NCBI GenBank assembly: GCA_036339875.1
Contig: JAYZAC010000109.1
Span: 1-34,757, forward strand
Length of the DNA stretch: 34,757 nt
Direction of reading: 5' to 3'
DNA from: a bacterium
Lineage (GTDB): Bacteria; Muiribacteriota; UBA6191
In this document: one piece after another, positions 1 through 8,576 of the stretch
Layout: each line of letters starts with the position of its first letter
How positions within the stretch are numbered: the first letter of the stretch is position 1
Notes under the pieces: model-generated
Told to the model about the DNA's origin: nothing
The model's database searches: none
The model's input: the letters and a program-made list of their open reading frames with translations, nothing else
Position numbers and translations under genes: made by a program

Positions 1-747
1 ATCAAAATCTCTGGATTTTTGACCCGTTATTTCATCCAAATAAAGCCTCTGACTCATTTCTAACTGAAAGCTGTATACGCGAGGATTCCATTCACCAAAA
101 TATTTTGTAATTTGACCCCCCTGAAATGGTTCATTAAGAGATACGCTGAATTTATTCGAGCGTAATTGATTTGCAGCTATATTCAAAAGCTCATGAGGAC
201 AAGTCTTTCCGTGCCTATTACCTAGAATAAAATCAGGGAATGGAGATCCAGGAAATCCAGGTAACTCGCTAGAAATACTGTGAGCATCAAATAATAAAAC
301 TCTTGAAAAACTGTTTAATAAGTTCTTAATTAATGTTTCAAGAGCGCTGTAATAGGGTTTATAAAATCGCTCGATTCTTCGGTCGATTTCAACTACGTCA
401 GGACTACCATTTTTTTTGTAAATTGAATGACCTCGAAAAGTTTTTACTGGACAAACTAAACTATCCTTACGCTGTCCGGGATACAAAGCTTCCCCACCGG
501 GTAAAGGTCTATTGAGATCAATAACATATCTGCTGAACTTAGCGCGAACTAAACAAATACCAAGATGCGGCGCGAAACTGTATAGATCATCTACAAATAA
601 ATCAGTATCAGGTAACTTTAAGCTTTCCGGAGTCATCAACTCAGCAATATAATCAGGAATTTGCTGACCACTGTGTGGAGAATTGATTATAATCGGCACA
701 CGGTCTGCTGGAAAGATATCGAAAATCTCATTAGAACTTGGAAGCAT
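1..747 (-). CDS. hutG: N-formylglutamate amidohydrolase (FGase family), 3' end runs off the window
   Basis: Not in the ORF track; translated by hand. Open minus-strand frame from ATG at 747 (preceded by AGGAAG) to base 1: MLPSSNEIF..PIIINSPHSG..LPDTDLFVDDLY..FSRYVIDLNRP..VLLFDAHSI..PDFILGNRHGKTC..NEPFQGGQITKYFG..SFQLEMSQRLYLDE. These are the characteristic FGase motifs (PHSG, DTD, SRYVIDLNR, DxHS, PFxGG, QLE). Confidence 0.92.
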   Translation of the reverse strand, partial: MLPSSNEIFDIFPADRVPIIINSPHSGQQIPDYIAELMTPESLKLPDTDLFVDDLYSFAPHLGICLVRAKFSRYVIDLNRPLPGGEALYPGQRKDSLVCPVKTFRGHSIYKKNGSPDVVEIDRRIERFYKPYYSALETLIKNLLNSFSRVLLFDAHSISSELPGFPGSPFPDFILGNRHGKTCPHELLNIAANQLRSNKFSVSLNEPFQGGQITKYFGEWNPRVYSFQLEMSQRLYLDEITGQKSRDFD

Positions 748-767
748 AGACTTCCTAAAGGTACCAT
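738..767 (+). promoter_or_regulatory. putative sigma70-type promoter, likely leaderless, for the 774 ORF
   Basis: TTGGAA (738-743), 18 nt, TACCAT (762-767), 6 nt, ATG (774); no clear Shine-Dalgarno. Confidence 0.4.
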
Positions 768-773
768 AGCGGA

Positions 774-1643
774 ATGATACAAAAAACTTTTTGTGTAGTC
801 TTAGCAAAGATCATTTTACATATTGGTTTTTGTGGTGCCCAACAAGAAAGCATAGGACTGCATCTTCCAAAATCAGAGTGGATCGGACTTGGCTTTTATC
901 TCAGTAAATATCCTGATAAAAAGGAACCCAACTTTTATAAGTCCTGTTTTGAGGATCCTAATTTTTTCATGCAAGCTAACTACCACAAACTCAATGGAAA
1001 ACTTTTTACAGCAACTCGATGGTTAAAAAATGGGAATTTGGAGCTCCTTAATAAAAAGAGCCAAAAGATCTATTGCAAAGTTGACTCCGAGGGATATTTT
1101 CCGGAACTGATTTTCTACAAAGATATATTGGATATTCGTAAAAACTTTGTAAAGAAAATAGTCTGGACTAGAAAACACTTTATGTACAGCCATAACACCA
1201 AAGGCTCGGTAGTCAAATATGATTTACCTAAATTTGCCCCATTAAAAATAACTGCCGTAAATTTAGCACCTAGTAGTCAGGAAGTATCAGTAAGGTTAAG
1301 CCTAGAAACTGCTACTGGTTACCCTGGATTTCTTGATGTAAACTACACAGCAATTAATCGCAAACCACCGTATAATGGTCTTCAAAGGTACCTTTATATC
1401 AAGAATCCAAAAAAATTATTTAAGATTATTGACACAAACTGGGATTTAATTAAAAAAAGTAAAACAAGCTTGGGAATGAATATGCGAGAAGTGCTAATGA
1501 GCCGCGGTAATCCAGTAAATAAGTTTAATGAAGGAAGTGAAACAGTTCTAGTTTATCCATCAGACAACCTCATTAATGAACATTTTATATTTTTCGAAGA
1601 TCATCTTGTTGAAATTAAACCGGTAAGCGGAGATAGCTTTTGA
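774..1643 (+). CDS. hypothetical exported protein with a C-terminal BamE/SmpA-like (BLIP-fold-like) module
   Basis: 289-aa ORF with a signal-peptide-like N-terminus. The C-terminal 'LGMNMREVLMSRGNP...VLVY...FIFFEDHLVEI' fits the GMxxxEVxxxxGxP pattern. The stop overlaps the next start (TTGA). Confidence 0.7.
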   Translation: MIQKTFCVVLAKIILHIGFCGAQQESIGLHLPKSEWIGLGFYLSKYPDKKEPNFYKSCFEDPNFFMQANYHKLNGKLFTATRWLKNGNLELLNKKSQKIYCKVDSEGYFPELIFYKDILDIRKNFVKKIVWTRKHFMYSHNTKGSVVKYDLPKFAPLKITAVNLAPSSQEVSVRLSLETATGYPGFLDVNYTAINRKPPYNGLQRYLYIKNPKKLFKIIDTNWDLIKKSKTSLGMNMREVLMSRGNPVNKFNEGSETVLVYPSDNLINEHFIFFEDHLVEIKPVSGDSF

Positions 1644-2140
1644 GTAGTAAAAAATCATATAAAAAACAGCGTCATTTTTATTCCGACTTTGAGAAAAGTG
1701 AAAGACGGCAACGTAAAACTAACAGAATTAGAAAAAGTGATACCTGTAGTGTTCGAGACTTGGCATTAAACCATATTGCTGGTTATTTTGATGAAAAAGT
1801 AATCCCGAATGATAAGCGATCCGAATTTAGATGGTTACTAAAAATACAAGACAATTGGCCTAATATCTGCGGCCCACTTTTAGCAGGATATTTAAGACCA
1901 CATAGCTTTTTTCCCGGGAAACTAGTAATCGAAGCCAGCTCGGGCTTGTTTCTAGAGCAGGCCAGATTGATTGAAAAACAGTTTCTGTCACGAGTACAAA
2001 AAGTTGTCCCAGAGGCAGAGATCAACCAATTTGAATTCAAAGTTGGTGAATTCGATTATAGCTCGGCTCCAATGAGTAAAATTGATTACTCAAAACGAAA
2101 ACATCTGAGGGCAAAACGTCTGAGAGACTCAGGATTTTGA
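1640..2140 (+). CDS. DUF721 / DciA-family protein (putative replicative helicase loader)
   Basis: 'WPNICGPLLAGYLRPHSFFPGKLVIEASSGLFLEQARLIEKQFLSRVQ...INQFEFKVG' fits the DUF721 pattern (W..ivG..la....P......L.v...s.....l......il..l). Both termini are basic and likely disordered. Confidence 0.75.
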   Translation: MSSKKSYKKQRHFYSDFEKSERRQRKTNRIRKSDTCSVRDLALNHIAGYFDEKVIPNDKRSEFRWLLKIQDNWPNICGPLLAGYLRPHSFFPGKLVIEASSGLFLEQARLIEKQFLSRVQKVVPEAEINQFEFKVGEFDYSSAPMSKIDYSKRKHLRAKRLRDSGF

Positions 2141-2141
2141 A

Positions 2142-4706
2142 CTAAGCAGTCTTTTGTGCCTTAGATTCATCATTTTTAGCTTGGTCCCCTTTCGACTTTT
2201 TCGTTCTACTTTCGAATTCAAATCCATATTTCCCATTCGATTTGACATACAAGTAAGCATTAAATTTTTTACCTCGCTTACTAATGAAATCACTCAGAAG
2301 TTCGGTTTTACCGTTCTGAAAAAAGCCTAGAGCTTCAGACTCGCTTATTGGACGCTGACAAACTTCGAGTGGTAGTCGACTGATAAATGGTCCATCTCCC
2401 AGACTTTTAGGTACTTTCCCCAAAACTTTTGGAAAAACTGGTACTTCAAAATAATAGGCATCTTTCGTACGCCTAAAAGTACCATCCTGATCCATATACT
2501 CACTACTAGTAGTCTTTTCTTCCTCTATTGCTTCAGCCTCCTGTAGCTCTTTGGCTGATTTACTACGAATAGTATTAAATTCTCCATTATCGTCTTTTGC
2601 TAAGGCTTCAATGGAATTGTCAGCCCCTAAGATCAATTTACCCTTGAAAGGTTTACCATCAAAATAAAGTAATTCAAGCTCTTCCGTAGAACCCTGGTCG
2701 ATTAAGTCCTGCAATGTTCCACGATCTATATACCGACCATAATATTCCTTGTGAATCATAAATTTTTCATTATCTATATCTACGTATCCCGGTAATATCT
2801 CTTTGAATTTGCGGCCTGACTTACTGCATTCCACCAAAGGCTCTTCTTGATACAATTCTTCGTACTGAAAATCACGAATCTGTTGTATCACCTCATCAAC
2901 ATATTCACTTATAGTGGTCATAAATTCAGCCCGACTTGTACTACCACTTTCTACAGACTGTAGCTTGCTCTCAATTTCTGCCGTTAAATCAACTGATGTT
3001 AGTCGATTAACATTCACACGTCTTATAACGTCAATGAGTCTTATAGCTTTAGAGGTCGCCTTCAAACCTGAACCTACTCGTCGGACGTATTCCTTACGGA
3101 TTAGATTTTCGATTATATCCGCACGGGTAGCCGGAGTACCAATACCTTTACCCTGCATAGCCTCCAATAACTCCTCATTTTCTAAGGATTTCCCTGCATA
3201 TTCCATTAAACCAAGCAATTTTGCCTCACCAATTCTGGCTGGAGGACGAGTCATCTGTTCAGCTACATCATAATCGTTATAAATCACTTGATGACTTTGA
3301 TTAGATGAGATAGGTAATGGAGGTAAATTTTGACCTTCGTCTTTGACCGTTCCATAGACTGCCTGCCAACCCTGTTCACGAAGGTACCTGCCCTTGCTCC
3401 TAAATTCTAAGTCACCAAGTACTGTAACGCGATCGACATTTTCCCATTTGGCGACAGGCATAAATGCCGCTAGGACTCGTTTGACTACAAGATCAAAAAT
3501 TTTAGCCTCATCGCCAGCTAACCTCGCGGAAGGTAATTCGCCTGTTGGAATAATTGCAAAGTGATCGGACACTTTCTTATTGTTAAAGAAGCGACGATCT
3601 TTACCATGAATCTTACTTTGAATTTGACTAGCAAACTTTGCATAGGATGGTATATCGCCAAGATTTCCAACAGCGGCCTGAAGTACTGGGCCGTAATCCT
3701 CAGGTAAATACTTAGAATCAGTTCTGGGATATGTAATTAACTTTTCTTGCTCATATAATCTTTGAGCCGCCTGAAGGGTTCTTTGAGCGGAATAACCAAA
3801 TCTACGGTTAGCATCTCTTTGCAAAGAGGTTAAATCGTAGAATATGTGAGGCTTCTGTTCAGATATTTTTCGAGTTTCTGAGGCACTGGCCTGAGTATTC
3901 TTCAACTCATCTAGTCGAGCCTGAACATCTTTTAACACAGTAGAATCGAAAATTCGCGTCGGATTCGCTTTGTCCCGCGCCATATCTCGTAAATGTAAAG
4001 TACCTAAGTACTCGTGATCGTCGGCGGTAAAAGATGCTTCCACCTTAAAATATTTTTCAGGCCTATGAGCGATAATCTCTAATTCTCTTTCGACAAGCAT
4101 AGAGAGAGTTGGGGTCTGTACTCTTCCCACAGAAAAAACAGTTCGTTTAGCACGGGACTGAAGTCTCTTTGTCACAGCTCTAGTACCATTGATTCCAATT
4201 AACCAGTCACTTTCGCTGCGACTCTTGGCTGCATCAGCAAGACCATCAAATTGGCTCCCAGGCAAAAGATTATCAAAGCCGCTTCTAATAGCCTCATGGG
4301 TCATGGAAGAAAGCCATAAGCGTTCTAACGGTTTTTTAACTTTTTCTCTTTCTACAATCTCTCTAAATATGAGTTCACCTTCACGCCCAGCATCACATGC
4401 ATTGATGACAGAAGTTACATCCTCAGTTTTCAGCAGAGCTTGGATGACACGATACTGATCTTTGGTTCTGGAGACTACTTTCCACTTGAATTTTTGTGGA
4501 ATGATGGGTAAATCTTTCAGTAGCCATGACTTATATTTTTTGTCCATATCCTCAGGGTCTTGTAATTCCAAAAGATGACCGATCGCCCATGTAATAAGGT
4601 AATCTTCACCTTCAAAGTATCCCTTATGTTTTTTCTTTATAGATAGGGCCGCCGCAATGTCACCAGCGACACTAGGCTTTTCTGTTATAACTAATTTTTT
4701 ACTCAT
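2142..4706 (-). CDS. topB: DNA topoisomerase III (type IA) with C-terminal repeats
   Basis: TOPRIM motifs 'LVITEKPSVA' and 'NACDAGREGELIF', plus 'SVGRVQTPTL', catalytic Tyr in 'LITYPRTDS', 'DHFAIIPT' and 'GIGTPATRADIIE'. The C-terminal 'GKTELLSDFISKRGKKFNAYL' repeat is typical of TopB. Start is ATG 4706 (alternative TTG 4709). Confidence 0.93.
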   Translation of the reverse strand: MSKKLVITEKPSVAGDIAAALSIKKKHKGYFEGEDYLITWAIGHLLELQDPEDMDKKYKSWLLKDLPIIPQKFKWKVVSRTKDQYRVIQALLKTEDVTSVINACDAGREGELIFREIVEREKVKKPLERLWLSSMTHEAIRSGFDNLLPGSQFDGLADAAKSRSESDWLIGINGTRAVTKRLQSRAKRTVFSVGRVQTPTLSMLVERELEIIAHRPEKYFKVEASFTADDHEYLGTLHLRDMARDKANPTRIFDSTVLKDVQARLDELKNTQASASETRKISEQKPHIFYDLTSLQRDANRRFGYSAQRTLQAAQRLYEQEKLITYPRTDSKYLPEDYGPVLQAAVGNLGDIPSYAKFASQIQSKIHGKDRRFFNNKKVSDHFAIIPTGELPSARLAGDEAKIFDLVVKRVLAAFMPVAKWENVDRVTVLGDLEFRSKGRYLREQGWQAVYGTVKDEGQNLPPLPISSNQSHQVIYNDYDVAEQMTRPPARIGEAKLLGLMEYAGKSLENEELLEAMQGKGIGTPATRADIIENLIRKEYVRRVGSGLKATSKAIRLIDVIRRVNVNRLTSVDLTAEIESKLQSVESGSTSRAEFMTTISEYVDEVIQQIRDFQYEELYQEEPLVECSKSGRKFKEILPGYVDIDNEKFMIHKEYYGRYIDRGTLQDLIDQGSTEELELLYFDGKPFKGKLILGADNSIEALAKDDNGEFNTIRSKSAKELQEAEAIEEEKTTSSEYMDQDGTFRRTKDAYYFEVPVFPKVLGKVPKSLGDGPFISRLPLEVCQRPISESEALGFFQNGKTELLSDFISKRGKKFNAYLYVKSNGKYGFEFESRTKKSKGDQAKNDESKAQKTA

Positions 4707-4853
4707 CAAATTTTCCCCAAAACGATTTCACACCGAAAACTCGCTTCGCAATGTTGTCCATATTTTACCTTGAATTTCAATCTTTTTTTTAATCGGTACA
4801 AAATCAAAAACTATTATTCTCGATTTAACTTCGGGCTTTCACCCAAGCATAAA

Positions 4854-4862
4854 TGGTATCCT
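4854..4862 (+). promoter_or_regulatory. putative extended -10 promoter, likely leaderless, for the 4869 ORF
   Basis: TGg-TATCCT (4854-4862), 6 nt, ATG (4869); no Shine-Dalgarno. Confidence 0.4.
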
Positions 4863-4868
4863 TAGAAT

Positions 4869-5057
4869 ATGGATCATCTAGGACCTGAAAAGCGAAAAAA
4901 AATAGAAGGATGGAGAAGGAAAAGAGATTGTTGCTTCCTATTTCTCTTACTTTGGATCATTGTTTACCCCCAAGATTGGCCAGTTTCACTACCCATTATC
5001 TTACTCACATATTTGCTAGTAAGATTGTTAGAAACAAAATTAAACCTGAATCCATGA
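4869..5057 (+). CDS. small hypothetical membrane protein (two hydrophobic segments)
   Basis: 62 aa with a basic N-terminus followed by 'CCFLFLLLWIIVYP' and 'VSLPIILLTYLLVRLL'. It fills the gap between topB and cvpA and has a promoter-like element just upstream. Confidence 0.55.
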   Translation: MDHLGPEKRKKIEGWRRKRDCCFLFLLLWIIVYPQDWPVSLPIILLTYLLVRLLETKLNLNP

Positions 5058-5067
5058 TCTTGTAGAT

Positions 5068-5790
5068 CTAAGTTGAAGATTTTCCGGTAGCAGATGCCGA
5101 CTGCGTATACTTAACGAGATATTTTTGTAAGAATTCGTACAAAAGTTTCTGCTTGGCTGTCGATTCCTCTTGATCAGAAAGTACTTTTTCCATGCTTACT
5201 TCCATTGACTTGTTGTCTAACTCCAATTGTCCTGAGTCTTTTTCAGAATCATTCGAAATGTTACTTATTGTATTTTTGCCGGCAGAATCCATAGCTAGCT
5301 TAAAATCATCCAGCAATACGAATTCGCGCAGTTTCAAGTAATATTCAGGTCTATCGGAACAAATAGAGTCCGTCAGATTCCACAATTTAGATTCTGTAAA
5401 CGAGTATTTGCTAAACTCCTTGACGAACGGATAACTCAATAGAACTAAAGAAATACAAAATAAACAAGCTAAAATCGATCCAACAAAGCCACCCCAAATT
5501 CGCTTTCCCCCAGGCCATAGTTTCTGGGTCAAGGCATCAAGCTTGAGTGCTAACGCCTTGAATCCAAAAATTAGTAGTAAATAACCTAAAGGAAAATAAA
5601 TTAGTTGTGCAACTAAGTCGGTTTCATATTCAGGTAAATGAACAAACACGTAAGGATGAAAAATATACAGTATAGGTCCAGCAAAGATAACTCCTAACAT
5701 GGAAAAAAGCGCAACAAAAGGACCTACGATGACACCATAAAAACAACCCACTAAAATCGTGACCGCAAAAATTCCGTCAATAATGTGCAT
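5068..5790 (-). CDS. cvpA: CvpA (colicin V production) family membrane protein with a soluble C-terminal extension
   Basis: 'MHIIDGIFAVTILVGCFYGVIVGPFVALFSMLGVIFAG...KRIWGGFVGSILA...FTESKLW' fits the CvpA pattern, with about 4 TM segments. An alternative TTG start at 5808 overlaps the malQ stop. Confidence 0.72.
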   Translation of the reverse strand: MHIIDGIFAVTILVGCFYGVIVGPFVALFSMLGVIFAGPILYIFHPYVFVHLPEYETDLVAQLIYFPLGYLLLIFGFKALALKLDALTQKLWPGGKRIWGGFVGSILACLFCISLVLLSYPFVKEFSKYSFTESKLWNLTDSICSDRPEYYLKLREFVLLDDFKLAMDSAGKNTISNISNDSEKDSGQLELDNKSMEVSMEKVLSDQEESTAKQKLLYEFLQKYLVKYTQSASATGKSST

Positions 5791-5804
5791 GCGAAATGTT
5801 TGCC

Positions 5805-7250
5805 TCAACTCTTTATTAGTGCTGAAAACTCAGATAGAGATTTCAACTCCTGATCTCCCACTGATATCACTTTACTCCAATTATCCTCACTCACACTACC
5901 AGGCGTATTTATTCGTATACCTTTACCCAAAACGTCTTGAAGTGGAAACATCACATAGCGACTCGGAGAGTCGATAAGCTTCTTTATAGAACGCTTTCGT
6001 AAGTCATCAATTGTAAACTCCTCTCCCTCTTGTATTCCCAGATAGGCTCCAAGCTCATAAATTTGAGGGTCAGATAAAGCCTCCAAAAACTCCCAATAAG
6101 ATTCCGAATCATGAGTCGAAGTGCAAGCTAAAGACGCAGTTGGGTACTCTTCGGTAAAACGGTATTTTTCAGATTCATAATTGCCCCATCCAAATAGAAA
6201 GACTTTATACCCTGGAACTTTAATATTATTCATCCATTTATCTACTGCGGGTGGAATATCTCCCAAGTCTTCGCCAATCAACTCCATTCCAGTCTCTTTC
6301 AACGCATCAATCAAATCTGATTTGGGGCCTGGAGTCCAAGATTTCACATCTTTTGGCAATGCACCATCGGGAACCGCCCAGTAGGAATAAATGCCTCGAA
6401 TATGGTCAATTCTAACCAAATCGCAAAACTCTTTTAGCCATTTTACGCGATCTTTCCACCATTGATATCCATCCTTAGCCATCACTTTCCAGTCATAGAT
6501 CGGATTACCCCAATCTTGACCATCCTCAGCATAAATATCAGGCGGAACTCCTGCGTGTACGCCTTTACGGAACACATCTGGTCTAGACCAAGCATCAGCA
6601 CTATTCTTAGAGACATACAAAGGTAAATCACCCATAAAGTGAATGCCTTTTGAATCTGCATAGTCTTTTAACCCCTGCCATTGTTCGAAGCATATCCATT
6701 GCAGATAAGTAAAGAACTCTACTTTTTGTTGATTTTCCTTTGCCCAAGAAGAAGCATCTACAGGATTTTGATGCTCTTTAGGCCAGTCCCAAAAAGCTTT
6801 TTTATGTTCATGACTTAACGCATGAAATAAACTGTAGTCTGACAACCATTCCTCAGTTTTATTCTTGAAGGAACGGAGACGTTTTCTATCTAGCGGTGTA
6901 GCCTTCGTTAAAAAATTATCATAGGAAGCCCTCAAATGAGCGAACTTAAATGTATTAACTGCAGAGTAATTAATTCGCTCGGGAACTTCCCAATTTTCGA
7001 GCTCTGCATCCAAATATTTCAGTCTTCGAAGTGATATGTAAACGGGATTAACGGCAAACGCTGAGATTCCAGAGTAAGGACTTGTTTCGTCACCACTGAC
7101 CGCATTCATTGGAAGTAATTGAATTACACTTACTCCGCTACCCTCCAATTGATCAATGAATTGATACATAGAATCGATGTCTCCGATACCAAAATTACCG
7201 GGTAAAGAAAACAATGGAACCATTATTCCAACTCGTTTAGACTTAATCAC
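5805..7250 (-). CDS. malQ: 4-alpha-glucanotransferase (amylomaltase, GH77)
   Basis: Motifs 'GIMVPLFSLP..GIGD', 'QLLPMN..SPYS', 'MGDLPLYV..SADAW', 'GVPPD..GQDWGNP', 'RIDHIRG', 'IGEDLG', 'STHD' and 'RINTPG..NW'. The likely start is GTG at 7250 behind a strong AAGGAGG, rather than the ORF-track start at 7292. Confidence 0.95.
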   Translation of the reverse strand: MIKSKRVGIMVPLFSLPGNFGIGDIDSMYQFIDQLEGSGVSVIQLLPMNAVSGDETSPYSGISAFAVNPVYISLRRLKYLDAELENWEVPERINYSAVNTFKFAHLRASYDNFLTKATPLDRKRLRSFKNKTEEWLSDYSLFHALSHEHKKAFWDWPKEHQNPVDASSWAKENQQKVEFFTYLQWICFEQWQGLKDYADSKGIHFMGDLPLYVSKNSADAWSRPDVFRKGVHAGVPPDIYAEDGQDWGNPIYDWKVMAKDGYQWWKDRVKWLKEFCDLVRIDHIRGIYSYWAVPDGALPKDVKSWTPGPKSDLIDALKETGMELIGEDLGDIPPAVDKWMNNIKVPGYKVFLFGWGNYESEKYRFTEEYPTASLACTSTHDSESYWEFLEALSDPQIYELGAYLGIQEGEEFTIDDLRKRSIKKLIDSPSRYVMFPLQDVLGKGIRINTPGSVSEDNWSKVISVGDQELKSLSEFSALIKS

Positions 7251-7322
7251 TTCAGCCTCCTTATATGACGTTCTCGATATAATAGTGAACATCTAATTCA
7301 AAAACAAATAGGTTCTTTCCAG

Positions 7323-7463
7323 TACAAAAAAATTACAATTTTAAAAGTACGACTTAAAATCAATAATTTGGCTACCTCGACACGTTAACCCTAAAACTTT
7401 AACTTTTTTTTACATTTCCATAAAAAGTCATACAAAAAATTTACAAAATCGATACTTTTTGTT
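7323..7463. promoter_or_regulatory. 11-bp-periodic TACAAA direct repeats in the divergent intergenic region (possible regulator boxes)
   Basis: TACAAAAAAAT-TACAATT at 7323/7334 and TACAAAAAATT-TACAAAATCGA-TACTTTT at 7431/7442/7453. Confidence 0.3.
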
Positions 7464-7487
7464 AATCTTTTCTCGAATTAACCCATT

Positions 7488-7772
7488 ATGAAACAACATA
7501 AGAAATCTAAAATTATGAGTATTATTAAATTTTTATCAAAAGAAGATCTTCGTTTTCAGCCTAAGTTAGCGCATTCTAATGTAGATAAGTTCAATGCAAT
7601 AGAACAACTTCGAAAAGTAAACACAAAAAATATTGGATATGAATTCTCAATTCCAATCTCATTTAGTCCAAAAAACTCTGGTATTACAATATCTAAAAAT
7701 GACCATTCACATAAATTCAAGTTTACTGAATTTATGTTACCAGGAGATGCACTGCTTCAGAAATCAAGCTAA
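7488..7772 (+). CDS. hypothetical protein (alternative start 7515)
   Basis: 94-aa ORF that fills the space before the 7804 start without overlapping it; no recognisable motif. Confidence 0.4.
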   Translation: MKQHKKSKIMSIIKFLSKEDLRFQPKLAHSNVDKFNAIEQLRKVNTKNIGYEFSIPISFSPKNSGITISKNDHSHKFKFTEFMLPGDALLQKSS

Positions 7773-7803
7773 GTCGATAAAACTTATTTTAAATAGAATA
7801 ATA

Positions 7804-8529
7804 ATGTCAATCACTGTAGTAGTAATAAATCATAGCTCTTATGCCGACTTTTGGGTACCCTGCATAGAGCAACTGACTCTTGAAAGTGAAATTACTTGTT
7901 CACAAATAGACTTGCAGGAAATCTGGGAAATTGACAGTAATTTTAATTGGGATACTCAATTGAAATCAATTACTGATGATAACAAAACCAGAACTTTGGT
8001 TTTAATTGCCTATGGATGCGGCACAATATTATTGAAATCCTGGTTGAAAGCTAACCAAGTTTTACTAGCAACATTCAAAGTACATGCAATTTTGATTGAT
8101 TCACCTCCAACAAGCTCATGGCAAAATAATAACCCTCTTGAAAAACTTGTGAAAATGGATAGGGCCACCTACAAAGATGAAGTTTTAAAGACCCTAACAA
8201 CCCAATCTGCTGAAAAGGACTGGATACAATCTATCCCCTCTAAAACAAATTACCTAAAATCTCTTCTTCTTGAGGTTTACGAAAAAACTAAATTGCTAGA
8301 CGATGAAAGGCCATTAGTCCCTTTATTAGAGGAATGGCATGAGATTTATAGTGCCTCTCTTCCAATTTCATCCGCGAATATTTTAAGACAAAGACGCATC
8401 TCGCTACCCAATTGGCAATCATTGGAAATACTTGGGCCAAATATGTCTATATTCCCAACTTCAAATCTAATCCCAAGCATTCATCGCATAATAGCTGATA
8501 TATTATGTAGAAGTAAGCAGCAAAATTGA
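7804..8529 (+). CDS. degenerate alpha/beta-hydrolase-fold protein
   Basis: Likely start is ATG 7804 (MSITVVVINHS), because the ORF-track TTG extension overlaps the 7488 ORF. 'TLVLIAYGCGTILL' sits at the nucleophile-elbow position and 'HAILIDSPP' resembles the thioesterase-like LxLxDsxP strand. Confidence 0.6.
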   Translation: MSITVVVINHSSYADFWVPCIEQLTLESEITCSQIDLQEIWEIDSNFNWDTQLKSITDDNKTRTLVLIAYGCGTILLKSWLKANQVLLATFKVHAILIDSPPTSSWQNNNPLEKLVKMDRATYKDEVLKTLTTQSAEKDWIQSIPSKTNYLKSLLLEVYEKTKLLDDERPLVPLLEEWHEIYSASLPISSANILRQRRISLPNWQSLEILGPNMSIFPTSNLIPSIHRIIADILCRSKQQN

Positions 8530-8541
8530 ATTCACTTTTCA

Positions 8542-8570
8542 TAGACTTTATATACTAAATTGGCTAACAT
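8542..8570 (+). promoter_or_regulatory. putative sigma70-type promoter, likely leaderless, for the 8577 ORF
   Basis: TAGACT (8542-8547), 17 nt, TAACAT (8565-8570), 6 nt, ATG (8577); no Shine-Dalgarno. Confidence 0.5.
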
Positions 8571-8576
8571 TAATGA

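Noticed and set aside
333..515. 60-aa plus-strand ORF in the track
   Set aside because: It lies antisense within the FGase gene (1-747, minus), which has clear family motifs.
7633..7803. N-terminal extension of the 298-aa ORF, or a possible frameshift joining it to the 7488 ORF
   Set aside because: The TTG start overlaps the 7488 ORF and the extension has no protein-like motif. ATG 7804 gives a clean non-overlapping gene, and I saw no evidence for a programmed frameshift.
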